Part shown: positions 1-8,236 of the stretch, piece by piece | Position numbering within the stretch: the stretch's first letter is position 1 | Layout: each line of letters opens with the position of its first letter | Assembly (NCBI GenBank): GCA_034669525.1 | Contig: JAXDNH010000116.1 | Span: forward strand, 1-50,417 | Origin: Methylobacteriaceae bacterium | GTDB lineage: Bacteria > Pseudomonadota > Alphaproteobacteria > Rhizobiales > Beijerinckiaceae | Length of the DNA: 50,417 nt | Direction of reading: 5' to 3' | Position numbers and translations under genes: made by a program | Notes under the pieces: model-generated | The model's input: only the letters and a program-made list of their open reading frames with translations | Database searches by the model: none | Told to the model about the DNA's origin: nothing

Positions 1-876
1 CTGCGGATTTTTCATGCGGCCGCGAAGGCCGGCTCGTTCACGCATGCCGGCGAATCGCTCGGCTTGAGCCAGTCGGCCGTGAGCCGGCAGGTGAGCGCGC
101 TCGAGAGCGAGCTCGAAGCCCCGCTCTTCCACCGCCATGCACGTGGCCTGATCCTTACCGAGCAGGGCGACGTCCTCTACCGCACCGTCCAGGAGGTGAT
201 GACGAAGCTCGACGCGGTGCAGCTGCGGCTCAGCGACAATCGCGCGAAGCCCCATGGCGAATTGCGGATCACGACGACGCTCGGGATTGGGACGAATTGG
301 CTGACCCCGCGGCTTGGCGAATTTTTGGAACTCTATCCCGACGTCACGGTGAAAGTGATCCTCAGCGATGAGGAGCTTGATCTCGGCATGCGCGAGGCCG
401 ACGTCGCCTTGCGCCTACGCGAGCCTTCGCAGCCTGATCTCGTGCGGCGCCGGCTCTTCACCGTGCACTACCATCTCTATGCGTCGCTCGATTACGTGAA
501 GCAGCATGGTCAGCCGCGCACGCTCGAAGAACTCGATCAGCACCGCATTTTGAGCTACGGCGTCACCGGTGCAAGCTTTCTGCACAGCCTTAATTCGCTT
601 CTGACCGCCGGGCGCGATTCAAAAAGCCCGCGCATCTCCGCGCTGTCGGTCAACAACATCACGGCATTGCATCGAGCGGTGCTCGCTGACGTCGGTGTTG
701 CCGTCCTGCCGGATTATCTGATCGAGGAAGACAGCCCATTATTACGACTATTACCGCAATCGGAAATGCCGGAATACGATTGCTTCCTCGTCTATCCCGA
801 AGAGATGCGCAACGTCGCGCGCATCCAGGTCTTTCGCGACTTCCTCGTCGCCAACGCGCAGCGCTGGCACTACTGA
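1..876 (+). CDS. LysR-family transcriptional regulator (5' end outside window)
   Basis: The frame is open from base 1. It reads LRIFHAAAKAGSFTHAGESLGLSQSAVSRQVSALE, a LysR-type helix-turn-helix, followed by a LysR substrate-binding-type C-terminal domain. Stop codon at 874-876. Confidence 0.85.
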   Translation: MRIFHAAAKAGSFTHAGESLGLSQSAVSRQVSALESELEAPLFHRHARGLILTEQGDVLYRTVQEVMTKLDAVQLRLSDNRAKPHGELRITTTLGIGTNWLTPRLGEFLELYPDVTVKVILSDEELDLGMREADVALRLREPSQPDLVRRRLFTVHYHLYASLDYVKQHGQPRTLEELDQHRILSYGVTGASFLHSLNSLLTAGRDSKSPRISALSVNNITALHRAVLADVGVAVLPDYLIEEDSPLLRLLPQSEMPEYDCFLVYPEEMRNVARIQVFRDFLVANAQRWHY

Positions 877-1061
877 ACTGCCACACGCGCATGGCTCGCA
901 TGCGGCAGCCGGGCTAGCGCGCGGCAGCTTCTCGCCGCAACATCCGACAGGTTCCGCGGCTTCGCAGCTTGCCTCCCCGGCATGCGACTTCCACCCCGGA
1001 ATTCCCTTCGGGAGCCTGGGCAACCAGGTCATGGCCGGGCAGCGATGCCCGGCCTTTTTTC

Positions 1062-2027
1062 TCAGATGTAGAGCCGCTCGCCTTCGAGGCCCTTGTACAT
1101 GTCGGCGACATACTCGCCGTAGCCGTTGAACATAAGCGTCGGCACCCGATTGCCCTTGCCAAGCACTTCTTCTGTTGCTTGGCTCCAGCGCGGATGCGGC
1201 ACGTTCGGATTCACATTCGCCCAGAAACCGTATTCGCTCGATTGCAGCTTCTCCCAGAAGCTGACTGGCCGCTCGGTGACGAAGCTGATTTTAGTAATCG
1301 ATTTGATCGACTTGAAACCGTATTTCCACGGCAGCGCGAGACGGATCGGCGCGCCGAACGGTTTGCCGAGCGGCTTGCCATAAGCGCCGACAACCATGAA
1401 GGCGAGATCGTTGTTGGCTTCCGCCATCGTGACGCCCTCGACATACGGCCACGGATACCAGAACTGCCGGAAGCCGGGCCCGACGCTCTTGTCCATGAAC
1501 GTTTCCATCCGCACGTATTTCGCTTGGGATGTGGGCTTGGCGAATTCCACCAGCGATTTCAGCGGAAAGCCGGTCCAGGGAATTGCCATTCCCCAGGCTT
1601 CCACGCAGCGATGGCGATAGAGCCGCTCCTCGAGCGGCATTTTCTTCATGAGATCGTCGATGTCGACCTCTTGCGGTTTCTCGACGAGGCCATCAATCTT
1701 GATCTTCCAAGGCCGCGTCTTCAGCGCTTCGGCGGCCGAAGCGATACGCTTGGTCGAACCGAATTCGTAGAAATTATTGTAATTGGCGTTGACGTCTTCC
1801 GGCGTGATGTCGCGATCGAGCTTGAAGGTCTCGTTGCGGTTGGCCGGGAAAAGGCCGGCCAAGGGGTCGGCCTCGGCGTGGGTGGGCGAAAGCCCAAGCG
1901 TGCTGGCGAGCAAGCCGCCACCGACCGCCGCCGAGCCACCGAGGATCGCCCGCCGGTCGAAGAAGAACCGCTCCGGCGTCGCAGCGCTTTCGGGTAATTC
2001 CCAGCCCTTGCGGCGCAGAACCAGCAT
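1062..2027 (-). CDS. msrP: Protein-methionine-sulfoxide reductase catalytic subunit MsrP (YedY-type molybdoenzyme)
   Basis: The 321-aa product has a twin-arginine leader (FFFDRRAILGGSAAVGG) and YedY-like blocks (NFYEFG, HRCVEAWGM, WKYGFKSIK). GGAGA lies 7 nt upstream of the ATG at 2027. Confidence 0.85.
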   Translation of the reverse strand: MLVLRRKGWELPESAATPERFFFDRRAILGGSAAVGGGLLASTLGLSPTHAEADPLAGLFPANRNETFKLDRDITPEDVNANYNNFYEFGSTKRIASAAEALKTRPWKIKIDGLVEKPQEVDIDDLMKKMPLEERLYRHRCVEAWGMAIPWTGFPLKSLVEFAKPTSQAKYVRMETFMDKSVGPGFRQFWYPWPYVEGVTMAEANNDLAFMVVGAYGKPLGKPFGAPIRLALPWKYGFKSIKSITKISFVTERPVSFWEKLQSSEYGFWANVNPNVPHPRWSQATEEVLGKGNRVPTLMFNGYGEYVADMYKGLEGERLYI

Positions 2028-2224
2028 GACACGTCTCCAGGATGGACTGCGGGGAACCTAGTGGGGTGACCCCTTCGCGGCAAATCACGAGGCCGCGAGA
2101 TTGCGTGCGCTTCTCCCTCACCCTGAGGGCCACGTAGCGGCGTCTCGAAGGGTGGCAAAGGGCGCTGGATTTGCCCATCCTTCGAGACGCGCCGTCGGCG
2201 CTCCTCAGAATGAGGGGGTGGAAT

Positions 2225-3100
2225 ATGGCAAAAGCAATCGTCGGCATCATTGGCGGATCGGGCGTCTACGATCTACCCGGCCTCGCCGACCTCCGCGAGG
2301 AGCGGATCGGCACGCCGTGGGGCGAGCCGTCGGACGCGCTGCGCTTCGGCCGCATCGGCAATACCGAGGCCGTGTTCCTGCCGCGGCATGGGCGTGGCCA
2401 TGTGCTCTCCCCCTCCGGCATCAATTACCGCGCCAATATCGATGCGCTCAAACGCGTCGGGGTGACCGACATCGTCTCCGTCTCGGCCTGCGGCTCGTTC
2501 AAGCCGGAGCTGCAGCCGGGCCTCTTTGTGCTGGTAGATCAATTCGTCGACCGCACGTTTGCGCGAGGATCGTCTTTCTTCGGCAATGGCTGCGTCGCGC
2601 ATGTCTCGATGGCGCATCCCGTCGCGCCGCTTCTGCGTCAACGCATCCGCGACGCCGCGCGGACGGAGAAGATCGGTATCGTCAACCGCGGCACTTACGT
2701 CTGCATCGAGGGGCCGCAATTTTCCTCGTATGCGGAATCGCTCACCTACAAAGCCGCCGATTACGACGTGATTGGCATGACGGCGATGCCGGAAGCCAAA
2801 CTCGCGCGCGAAGCCGAGATTTCCTACGCGACGATCGCAATGGTGACCGACTTCGATTGCTGGCACCCCGATCACGACGCTGTCGATGTCGCCGCCGTGA
2901 TCAAGGTGGTGCACGAAAATGCGCAGAAAGTCGGCCGGCTGTTGACGCGGCTCCTCACCGATTTCCCCGCCGAGCATGAACCCTGCCCGCGCGGCTCCGA
3001 CCGCGCGCTCGACAATGCCATCATCACCGCGCCCGAGGCGCGCGATCCGGAAATGTTGCGAATGCTTGATACCGTGATGGGGCGGGTGTTGCGGGGTTAG
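2225..3100 (+). CDS. mtnP: S-methyl-5'-thioadenosine phosphorylase
   Basis: MAKAIVGIIGGSGVYDL is a typical MTAP/PNP-family N-terminus. The family resemblance holds throughout (LPRHGRGH, ACGS, GPQFSS, MTAMPEA). GAGGGGG lies just upstream of the ATG at 2225, and the track start at 2171 looks too long. Confidence 0.85.
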   Translation: MAKAIVGIIGGSGVYDLPGLADLREERIGTPWGEPSDALRFGRIGNTEAVFLPRHGRGHVLSPSGINYRANIDALKRVGVTDIVSVSACGSFKPELQPGLFVLVDQFVDRTFARGSSFFGNGCVAHVSMAHPVAPLLRQRIRDAARTEKIGIVNRGTYVCIEGPQFSSYAESLTYKAADYDVIGMTAMPEAKLAREAEISYATIAMVTDFDCWHPDHDAVDVAAVIKVVHENAQKVGRLLTRLLTDFPAEHEPCPRGSDRALDNAIITAPEARDPEMLRMLDTVMGRVLRG

Positions 3101-3112
3101 GCCCATCAACAC

Positions 3113-3283
3113 CTACGCAACGGCGGCAGGCATCCTCGCGACAGACATGAGCGGCTGTGCAACCTGATTCAGCAATTGCCCGGCGTTCTCTTCCTCACCC
3201 AAGGACATTGTGAGCAGCTGCACGATGCCAGGCTGATGCAGTTGCAGCGCCAAGTTTCTTGCAGTTGTATAAGCGGCGATCTC
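3113..3283 (-). pseudogene. In-frame continuation of the DUF892 domain downstream of the TAG (56 codons)
   Basis: Directly after the TAG, in the same frame, the sequence reads EIAAYTTARNLALQLHQPGIVQLLTMSLGEEENAGQLLNQVAQPL... and ends at TAG 3113-3115. This is the expected remainder of a DUF892 domain. Confidence 0.65.
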
Positions 3284-4390
3284 CTAATGCTCGACGCGTT
3301 GCGCCGCGCCGATCAGCGCAAGATCGGCGGGGGCATCATCTTTCTTCTTGCCCTCGGCCATGACCTCTTCGCCTTCCGCGACCAGACCGGCCATGCCCCT
3401 ACATGGCTTGGCGCGCGCTGGAACGTCCAGTACTTGGAATATCTCGTTCAGCCGCTCGACCTGGGCATTCGTCTCTTCGAGATGAAGATCGAGCAGGTTC
3501 TGCAATTGCGCAGAACGCGCCGCCTTGGCCATTTTCGGCAGCGCTTTCTGCAATTGCTTCTCGGCATGCAAGATGTCGCGGAGCTGATCGACGAGAAGTT
3601 CCTGTATCGGCTCGAGATCATCGAGGTCTGAGCTTGCGCCATGGATGCCGGAGCCATCCGCGTCCGCTGAGCCATCGCTCTGCAACACGGGCGAACGCAC
3701 GAATTCCCAGGGCTCGCCTTCATTCCAGGGACCGCGCGTGTCGATCTCGCCGTGGTCACCCTCACCTGTTGAATCGTTGAAGAACTGATCGACCAATTTC
3801 GGTGTCGGCGCGATCCGGCCGATGCTGAAGGGCGGTTTGCCCATCGTCTCAAGCGCTATCGTGAAAGCCCTCATGTGTGTGATTTCGCGGGTCATGAGAA
3901 ACTGCAGCGCATCCTTTGTCCCCGCATCCCGACAAAAATTGATCAAACGCTCGTAGACGATCTTGGCCCGCGCTTCCGCAGCAATGTTGCTGCGCAGATC
4001 GACGTCGAGCTCGCCGGTAACCTTCAGATAGTCCGCCGTCCAAGGGTTCCCCATGGAATTGAAGAGATTGACGCCGCCACCGCCGGCAATCGCGATCAGC
4101 GGATCGGCTTCGGCCTCTTCGCGTATCGACTTCAGAGGCTTCAGGTGCATGCGGGCAAGCGATCCCACGATCTCCAAATGGCTGAGCTCCTCCGTGCCAA
4201 TATCCATCAGCAGGTCTTTGCGTGCCGCATCTTCGCAGTTAATCCCCTGAATTGAGTATTGCATCGCAGCGGCAAGCTCGCCGTTGGCGCCGCCAAACTG
4301 CTCGAGCAACATGTTGCCGAAAGCGGGATCGGGCTCGTCGACGCGAACCGTGTACATGAGTTTCTTTATGTGATGATACATCGAGAACAC
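3284..4390 (-). CDS. Manganese catalase fused to a DUF892 (YciE/YciF ferritin-like) domain, ended prematurely by an in-frame TAG
   Basis: The N-terminal ~290 aa are Mn-catalase-like (MYHHIKKLMYTVRVDEPDP, GELAAAMQYSIQG, EELSHLE). The C-terminal part is DUF892-like (LRDILHAEKQLQKALPKMAKAA...LIGAAQRVEH). The ORF stops at TAG 3284-3286 in the middle of the VEH-Y-EI motif. Confidence 0.8.
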   Translation of the reverse strand: MFSMYHHIKKLMYTVRVDEPDPAFGNMLLEQFGGANGELAAAMQYSIQGINCEDAARKDLLMDIGTEELSHLEIVGSLARMHLKPLKSIREEAEADPLIAIAGGGGVNLFNSMGNPWTADYLKVTGELDVDLRSNIAAEARAKIVYERLINFCRDAGTKDALQFLMTREITHMRAFTIALETMGKPPFSIGRIAPTPKLVDQFFNDSTGEGDHGEIDTRGPWNEGEPWEFVRSPVLQSDGSADADGSGIHGASSDLDDLEPIQELLVDQLRDILHAEKQLQKALPKMAKAARSAQLQNLLDLHLEETNAQVERLNEIFQVLDVPARAKPCRGMAGLVAEGEEVMAEGKKKDDAPADLALIGAAQRVEH

Positions 4391-4440
4391 CGCAGCATGA
4401 GGGCCGACGGTACTGCTATGGAGTAGCGCACCGTCATTCC

Positions 4441-4465
4441 AATCCTCGGCGACCGGGAAGGTTCC
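4441..4465 (-). promoter_or_regulatory. Candidate EcfG-type (general stress response) promoter, GGAAC-N16-GATT
   Basis: On the minus strand, GGAAC (4465-4461) is followed by a 16-nt spacer and then GATT (4444-4441). The motif lies ~50 nt upstream of the catalase start. The alphaproteobacterial EcfG consensus is GGAAC-N16/17-CGTT. Confidence 0.35.
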
Positions 4466-4471
4466 TGGGCC

Positions 4472-5299
4472 TTAGCGGCTTCCAAGCATTTCACGCGGCG
4501 ACGCCGCCTTCCGCGCATCGCCCGGCAGCACATCAAACGATTCGCGCTTGAAGATCGCGCCTGCCGCTGGCGTCGCGAGATAATCGTAGAAGGCTTTCGC
4601 ATCCGGATTGGCCGACGCGGCAATGATTGCGATGGGATAAACGATCGGCGCGTGGCTCGAGTCGGGGAACGTGCCGAGCACTTTGACCTTCGGCTCGGCA
4701 TGGGCGTCGCTGCGATAGACGATGCCCGCCGGCGCCTCGCCTCGCGCAACGAAGAGCAGCGTCGCACGCACGCTTTCGGTTTGCGCAACCCTGTTCTTCA
4801 CTTTGTCCCAGAGGCCGAGCGAGGTTAGCGCCTGCTCGGCGTAAGCGCCGGCCGGGACCGATTTCGGTTGGCCCATTGCAAGCCGCCCGTACTTGCCGAG
4901 AAGCGCAGTCAAATCGGTCTGCGCATTGAATTCCATGGGCTGCGCAGCGCTGTCGGCCGGGGCCACTAACACAAGCGCGTTGCCGAGCAGGTTGCGGCGC
5001 GTCTCCGCTTTGATCAGCTTGCGCTCGGCGGCATAGTCCATCCACGGTACATCGGCGGAGATGAAAATGTCGGCGGGGGCCCCGGCCTCGATCTGTTTCG
5101 CCAAGGGACCCGAGGCAGCGTAGGAAAGGCGCGCGGTCTTGCCGGTTTCCTTGCGCCACTCAGCGGCAATGCCATCGAGCGCGGTTCTCAGCGAGGCGGC
5201 GGCAAACACCGTGACGGTTTGGCCCTGGGCAGGCGCAAGTGCTTGCAGCATGCCGACGAGCGAGCCAAGCGCAGCGAGCGTCAGCTTTTTCAGAATCAC
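4472..5299 (-). CDS. modA: Molybdate ABC transporter substrate-binding protein
   Basis: The product has a signal peptide followed by ModA-like blocks (TVFAAASL, YAASGPLAKQIEAGAPADIFISAD, VPAGAYA). It uses a GTG start at 5299. No modB or modC is adjacent. Confidence 0.8.
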   Translation of the reverse strand: MILKKLTLAALGSLVGMLQALAPAQGQTVTVFAAASLRTALDGIAAEWRKETGKTARLSYAASGPLAKQIEAGAPADIFISADVPWMDYAAERKLIKAETRRNLLGNALVLVAPADSAAQPMEFNAQTDLTALLGKYGRLAMGQPKSVPAGAYAEQALTSLGLWDKVKNRVAQTESVRATLLFVARGEAPAGIVYRSDAHAEPKVKVLGTFPDSSHAPIVYPIAIIAASANPDAKAFYDYLATPAAGAIFKRESFDVLPGDARKAASPREMLGSR

Positions 5300-5422
5300 C
5301 CGGTACTGCTCCGCTGCTTACCGATCCACGCGGCAGAAGGTAGCGCGGCCGCTGCTGGGCGTCATCGCGGCATATTGCGCTGCGAAGGCAGCTCGCGCGG
5401 GCTCCCCTCCACAAGCTGAAGC

Positions 5423-5447
5423 GGAACCTCAGCCACTACATGGAGTT
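5423..5447 (+). promoter_or_regulatory. Candidate EcfG-type promoter, GGAAC-N16-AGTT
   Basis: GGAAC at 5423-5427 is followed by a 16-nt spacer and AGTT at 5444-5447. The motif lies ~55 nt upstream of the mini-ORF start at 5504. Confidence 0.35.
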
Positions 5448-5503
5448 AGGGGGGCGAAGGATACGAGCCGGGCAATTCCGGCGCGACAAGAGGAGAAGGC
5501 ATC

Positions 5504-5578
5504 GTGGGCGGTATCATTTACCTCGTCGGACTCGTCGTCGTCATCTTGGCCATTCTTTCGTTCCTCGGCCTGCGCTGA
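5504..5578 (+). CDS. Hydrophobic mini-protein (24 aa, single predicted TM helix)
   Basis: This ORF is too short to appear in the ORF track. AGGAGAAGG lies 4 nt upstream of the GTG at 5504. The product is (M)GGIIYLVGLVVVILAILSFLGLR, with TGA at 5576-5578. Confidence 0.5.
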   Translation: MGGIIYLVGLVVVILAILSFLGLR

Positions 5579-5608
5579 CACCCCACAACAAAGCAAGGGA
5601 GGAACATC

Positions 5609-6460
5609 ATGACCGATATTGGTAGCGCCCGACTGCGCACAGCGGCGGCCACCGAAGCAGCGCCGATGCACGCATATGTCGATTGGGCCGCGGTCCTCGC
5701 CGGCGCGCTCATCGCCTGCGCCATTTTCGTCCTGCTGACGACATTCGGCACCGCGATTGGTCTTACGCTGACCTCGCCCTATCCGGGTTCGGGCTTCTCC
5801 GGAAAAGTCGCCACTTGGGTGACAGGCATCTGGGAAATCTGGGTGGCTGTTTCGGCATTCGCCGTCGGCGGCTATTTCGCCGGACGGCTTCGTCAGCGTG
5901 CGTATGACGCGACGGAACACGAGAGCGACGTGCGCGACTCGGCGCATGGTCTGGTCGTCTGGGCGATCGCCGCTCTTCTCGGCACGTGGATCGTCACCAT
6001 GACCGCAAGAGACCTTGCCCAGGCGCTGAACGGCGGCGGTGGAGACCGAACCCCGATTGCCGGCAAGGCTGACCCGGCGCGCTACGCCGCCGATGCCATG
6101 CTGCGCACGGACAAGCCGGCGCCCGGAGGTTACGACGAGCCGCTGCACAAAGAGGTTGCCTCGGTGCTCGCGGCTTACGCGACCGGCGTGAACATGACGC
6201 AGGAGGATGCCGGCTATCTCACGCGCGTCACTGCCGCGCATGGCGGCGTTTCACAGGGCGACGCGGAGGCACGCGTCAGGACGGCGGTGGCGCAGGTCCG
6301 CGACAACGCGAACAGGGCTCGGCACACCGGCGTGATGATCGCATTCCTGACGGCGGTCTCGCTCGCAGTCGGTGCTGCGGCGGCGTGGGCGGCGGCTGGA
6401 CTGGGCGGACGCCATCGCGACGAAGGCGTCGATGCCAGCGACATGTTCCGCTGGCGGTAA
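5609..6460 (+). CDS. Integral membrane protein of unknown function
   Basis: GGGAGGAA precedes the ATG. The 283-aa product has several hydrophobic segments (AAVLAGALIACAIFVLLTTFG, VAVSAFAVGGYFAG, VVWAIAALLGTW, VMIAFLTAVSLAVGAAAAWAAA). G+C at third codon positions is typical of the host. Confidence 0.65.
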   Translation: MTDIGSARLRTAAATEAAPMHAYVDWAAVLAGALIACAIFVLLTTFGTAIGLTLTSPYPGSGFSGKVATWVTGIWEIWVAVSAFAVGGYFAGRLRQRAYDATEHESDVRDSAHGLVVWAIAALLGTWIVTMTARDLAQALNGGGGDRTPIAGKADPARYAADAMLRTDKPAPGGYDEPLHKEVASVLAAYATGVNMTQEDAGYLTRVTAAHGGVSQGDAEARVRTAVAQVRDNANRARHTGVMIAFLTAVSLAVGAAAAWAAAGLGGRHRDEGVDASDMFRWR

Positions 6461-6481
6461 CTCGAGATAAGGAGAAGAAAG

Positions 6482-6559
6482 ATGGGACGCGGAATTCTAC
6501 TCTGGCTCCTCGGCGTGCCGATCCCGATCATCATCCTGCTGGCGATATTCGCTCGCTAG
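6482..6559 (+). CDS. Hydrophobic mini-protein (25 aa, single predicted TM helix)
   Basis: This ORF is not in the ORF track. AGGAGAAGAAAG ends immediately upstream of the ATG at 6482 (very short spacing). The product is MGRGILLWLLGVPIPIIILLAIFAR, with TAG at 6557-6559. Confidence 0.5.
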   Translation: MGRGILLWLLGVPIPIIILLAIFAR

Positions 6560-6570
6560 CTTGATCAACG

Positions 6571-6602
6571 CAGACGCTCCGTACGCGAGTGCGGGGCGTC
6601 TG
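6571..6602. terminator. GC-rich hairpin between convergent genes
   Basis: CAGACGC...GCGTCTG encloses a second imperfect stem (CCGTAC/GTGCGG). It lies between the stop of the mini-ORF (6559) and the stop of hemF (6604). No clear U-run is present on either strand. Confidence 0.3.
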
Positions 6603-6603
6603 G

Positions 6604-7512
6604 TTAAGGCCAGCGTACCACCGGCGGCAATGACGAGAGGATCGAGTCGACATTGCCGCCGGTCTTCAGGCCGAAAATCGTGCCGCGGTCGTAGAGGAGA
6701 TTAAATTCGACATAGCGGCCGCGCTGGATCAGCTGCTCTTCGCGTTCGGATTCGCTCCACGGTTTCGACCAGTTCGCCCGCACGATGCGCGGATAGATGT
6801 CGAGAAAGCTCTCGCTCACATCGCGTGTGAAAACGAAATCTGCGTCCCAGTTGCTGTTGTCCGCATCTCCCGCGCTGTTCAGATAATCGAAAAAGATGCC
6901 GCCGATGCCGCGCGGCTCGTTGCGGTGCTTTAAAAAGAAATATTCATCGCACCATTCTTTGAAGCGCCGGTGGTCCGCAACGCCGGAATGCCGCTCGCAG
7001 GCGCCGCGCATCGCCGCAAGAAACGCGATTGCATCCGGATCATCTTGCTTGCGTCGCGCGTTCAGCATCGGCGTCAAATCGGCGCCCCCGCCGAACCAGG
7101 CTTTCGAGGTACACACGAAGCGCGTGTTCATATGTACCGTCGGCACATGCGGGCTTCGCGGATGGACGATCACCGATATGCCTGAGGCCCAGAAACGCGG
7201 GTCAACGTCGGCGCCGGGGATTTGCGAGGCAAATTCCGGCGCGAACGTTCCGAACACGGTCGAGACATGCACGCCCGCCTTCTCGAACAGGCGTCCGGCG
7301 AGCGTTGCCATCGTTCCGCCGCCGCCAGGCGCACCGCTATGATCGGTGCGATCCCAGCTCTTCTTGACGAAACCTCCCCGCGTAGCGCTCACAGCCGGGA
7401 ACGGGCCCGGCGCTTCGCTCTCGAGCGCCTCGAGCGCGTCGAGGATGCGCTGCTGCAGCGCCGCGAACCAGGTGCGCGTGATGCGCTGGCGAATTTCGAG
7501 CAAAGTGCTCAA
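6604..7512 (-). CDS. hemF: Oxygen-dependent coproporphyrinogen-III oxidase
   Basis: HemF blocks are present ([70 protein letters not shown]). The proposed TTG start at 7512 overlaps the trmL stop (ATTGA), with AAGGGGGA upstream. The 477-aa track ORF is an over-extension. Confidence 0.85.
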   Translation of the reverse strand: MSTLLEIRQRITRTWFAALQQRILDALEALESEAPGPFPAVSATRGGFVKKSWDRTDHSGAPGGGGTMATLAGRLFEKAGVHVSTVFGTFAPEFASQIPGADVDPRFWASGISVIVHPRSPHVPTVHMNTRFVCTSKAWFGGGADLTPMLNARRKQDDPDAIAFLAAMRGACERHSGVADHRRFKEWCDEYFFLKHRNEPRGIGGIFFDYLNSAGDADNSNWDADFVFTRDVSESFLDIYPRIVRANWSKPWSESEREEQLIQRGRYVEFNLLYDRGTIFGLKTGGNVDSILSSLPPVVRWP

Positions 7513-7991
7513 TGTGGCGGGTCCCCCTTGGCCCAACGGATTTGCCGCAGGGCTTCGCCAGCGACCATCGCGGCGGCGACGGCAACATTGAGCGATCGCA
7601 AACCCGGCTCCATCGGCACCCGGACGCAGGCATCTGCCGCCTCGTGCACATCCTCCGGCACCCCGGCCGATTCCCGGCCCACGAGGAGAACGTCGCCTGG
7701 GGCGTATTCGAGGTCCGTGTAGACGAGAGATGCACGCGTGGTCAGAAGGATCATTCGCCCCCGATTTGCCACCCGCCAGGCGAGGAACGCCCGCCATGAG
7801 GCATGGCGCGTCAGCCGGACATGGTCGAGATAATCCAGCGCCGCCCGGCGAAAGCGCGGATCGGAGATCGAGAAGGCCGCGGGCTCGATCAGCGCCGCGT
7901 CGAGCCCCAAACAGGCACACATCCGCAGCATCGTCCCGGTATTCTGCGGGATGTCCGGCTCGAAGAGGGCGAGGGTCAGCGCGGCAGGCAT
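7509..7991 (-). CDS. trmL: tRNA (cytidine/uridine-2'-O)-methyltransferase TrmL (SpoU/TrmH family)
   Basis: The product, [29 protein letters not shown]...[11 protein letters not shown]...[18 protein letters not shown], matches TrmL length and motifs when started at the ATG at 7991 (160 aa). Confidence 0.8.
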   Translation of the reverse strand: MPAALTLALFEPDIPQNTGTMLRMCACLGLDAALIEPAAFSISDPRFRRAALDYLDHVRLTRHASWRAFLAWRVANRGRMILLTTRASLVYTDLEYAPGDVLLVGRESAGVPEDVHEAADACVRVPMEPGLRSLNVAVAAAMVAGEALRQIRWAKGDPPH

Positions 7992-8236
7992 GAAGGGCGC
8001 TGTTAGCTCCCGGCCATGCCTTTGGAAAGGCCGGCAATAGCTCTGCTCGTGCGGGAAACTACTATGGACATGAGATTCAAATCTTGCCAGAAAACGCTCC
8101 GCCCTAGGTAAGCTTCTTGGCAAGAAAGCGCCGCGGCGGGTGGCGTCTGGTCGCATTGTCTTGCGCTGTTTCTCCTGCCTAGAAGCAGCTTTGGGCATCG
8201 TCGCGCGTTCAGAAGTAAGAGAGACAGAGGTCGGCT

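Noticed and set aside
969-1997. A 342-aa plus-strand ORF.
   Set aside because: It is antisense to msrP, which has clear YedY-family sequence and a Tat signal. The product shows no recognisable motifs.
2273-3112. A 279-aa minus-strand ORF and a 292-aa plus-strand ORF (2101-2979).
   Set aside because: Both overlap mtnP in alternative frames or on the other strand, and MTAP homology fixes the true frame.
5429-6241. A 270-aa minus-strand ORF.
   Set aside because: It is antisense to the membrane-protein gene 5609-6460 and the first mini-ORF, both of which have strong Shine-Dalgarno sequences. The product is Arg-rich and featureless.
6604-8037. A 477-aa version of the hemF ORF.
   Set aside because: The N-terminal ~175 residues overlap trmL in another frame and have no HemF similarity. 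Homology begins at the TTG at 7512.
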